Assembly (NCBI GenBank): GCA_031268115.1
Contig: JAIRXV010000436.1
Location: 1-28,180, forward strand
Origin: Bifidobacteriaceae bacterium
GTDB taxonomy: Bacteria > Actinomycetota > Actinomycetes > Actinomycetales > WQXJ01
Length of the DNA: 28,180 bases
Reading direction: 5' to 3'
The stretch's first letter is position 1; each line of letters starts with the position of its first letter. A program made the translations under genes and the position numbers. Under the pieces are notes generated by a model. It was not told the origin of the DNA. It did no database searches and saw nothing but the letters and a program-made list of their open reading frames with translations. This document shows positions 28,066-28,180 of the stretch, one piece after another.

Positions 28066-28119
28066 CTGCCTTTGTTGCTGAAACGTGTGCAGATGAGCCG
28101 AGTTTTCGGATCTCGGGGT

Positions 28120-28170
28120 CCCCGCGGGAGATTTTCCCGTAGCGCAGCGAAGGGAAAAGATCCCGTGGGG
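28120..28170. repeat. Long imperfect palindrome (REP-like or terminator) downstream of the oxidoreductase
   Basis: CCCGCGGGAGATTTTCCC (28121-28138) vs revcomp of 28152-28169 CCCACGGGATCTTTTCCC, 15/18 identical, around a loop containing AGCGCAGCGA. Confidence 0.55.
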
Positions 28171-28180
28171 TGCCGCTAGG

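Overview
High-GC actinobacterial chromosome segment. Taxonomy is inferred from the actinobacterial-type TopA C-terminus, actinomycete-type VanRS and apparent leaderless starts. Bases ~1-20.1 kb form an accessory defence/resistance island. It holds a 5'-truncated membrane protein, a DUF2798 gene behind a structured leader with a terminator-like hairpin, and a type IV toxin-antitoxin pair (AbiEi/AbiEii) with an operator palindrome. Next come an AEP-primase (TOTE-type) / SF2 helicase fusion broken by one in-frame TAA, and an Imm5-like / TetR / VOC trio. These are followed by a complete glycopeptide-resistance cluster (vanRS convergent with vanHAX), a Vat/CatB-like O-acetyltransferase divergent from vanH, and a complete type I Wadjet operon (jetABCD) with a 12/14-bp tandem array upstream. 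The right part looks more housekeeping: TIGR00266/AIM24, an SDR with a basic repeat tail, a tandem-META protein, an internally deleted ISKra4-like element, topA, trmL and a Gfo/Idh/MocA oxidoreductase. No rRNA, tRNA, CRISPR array or integrase was recognised. Family assignments come from motif recognition by eye, not database searches. Start codons were often moved from the ORF track to fit RBS, overlap or family N-termini.
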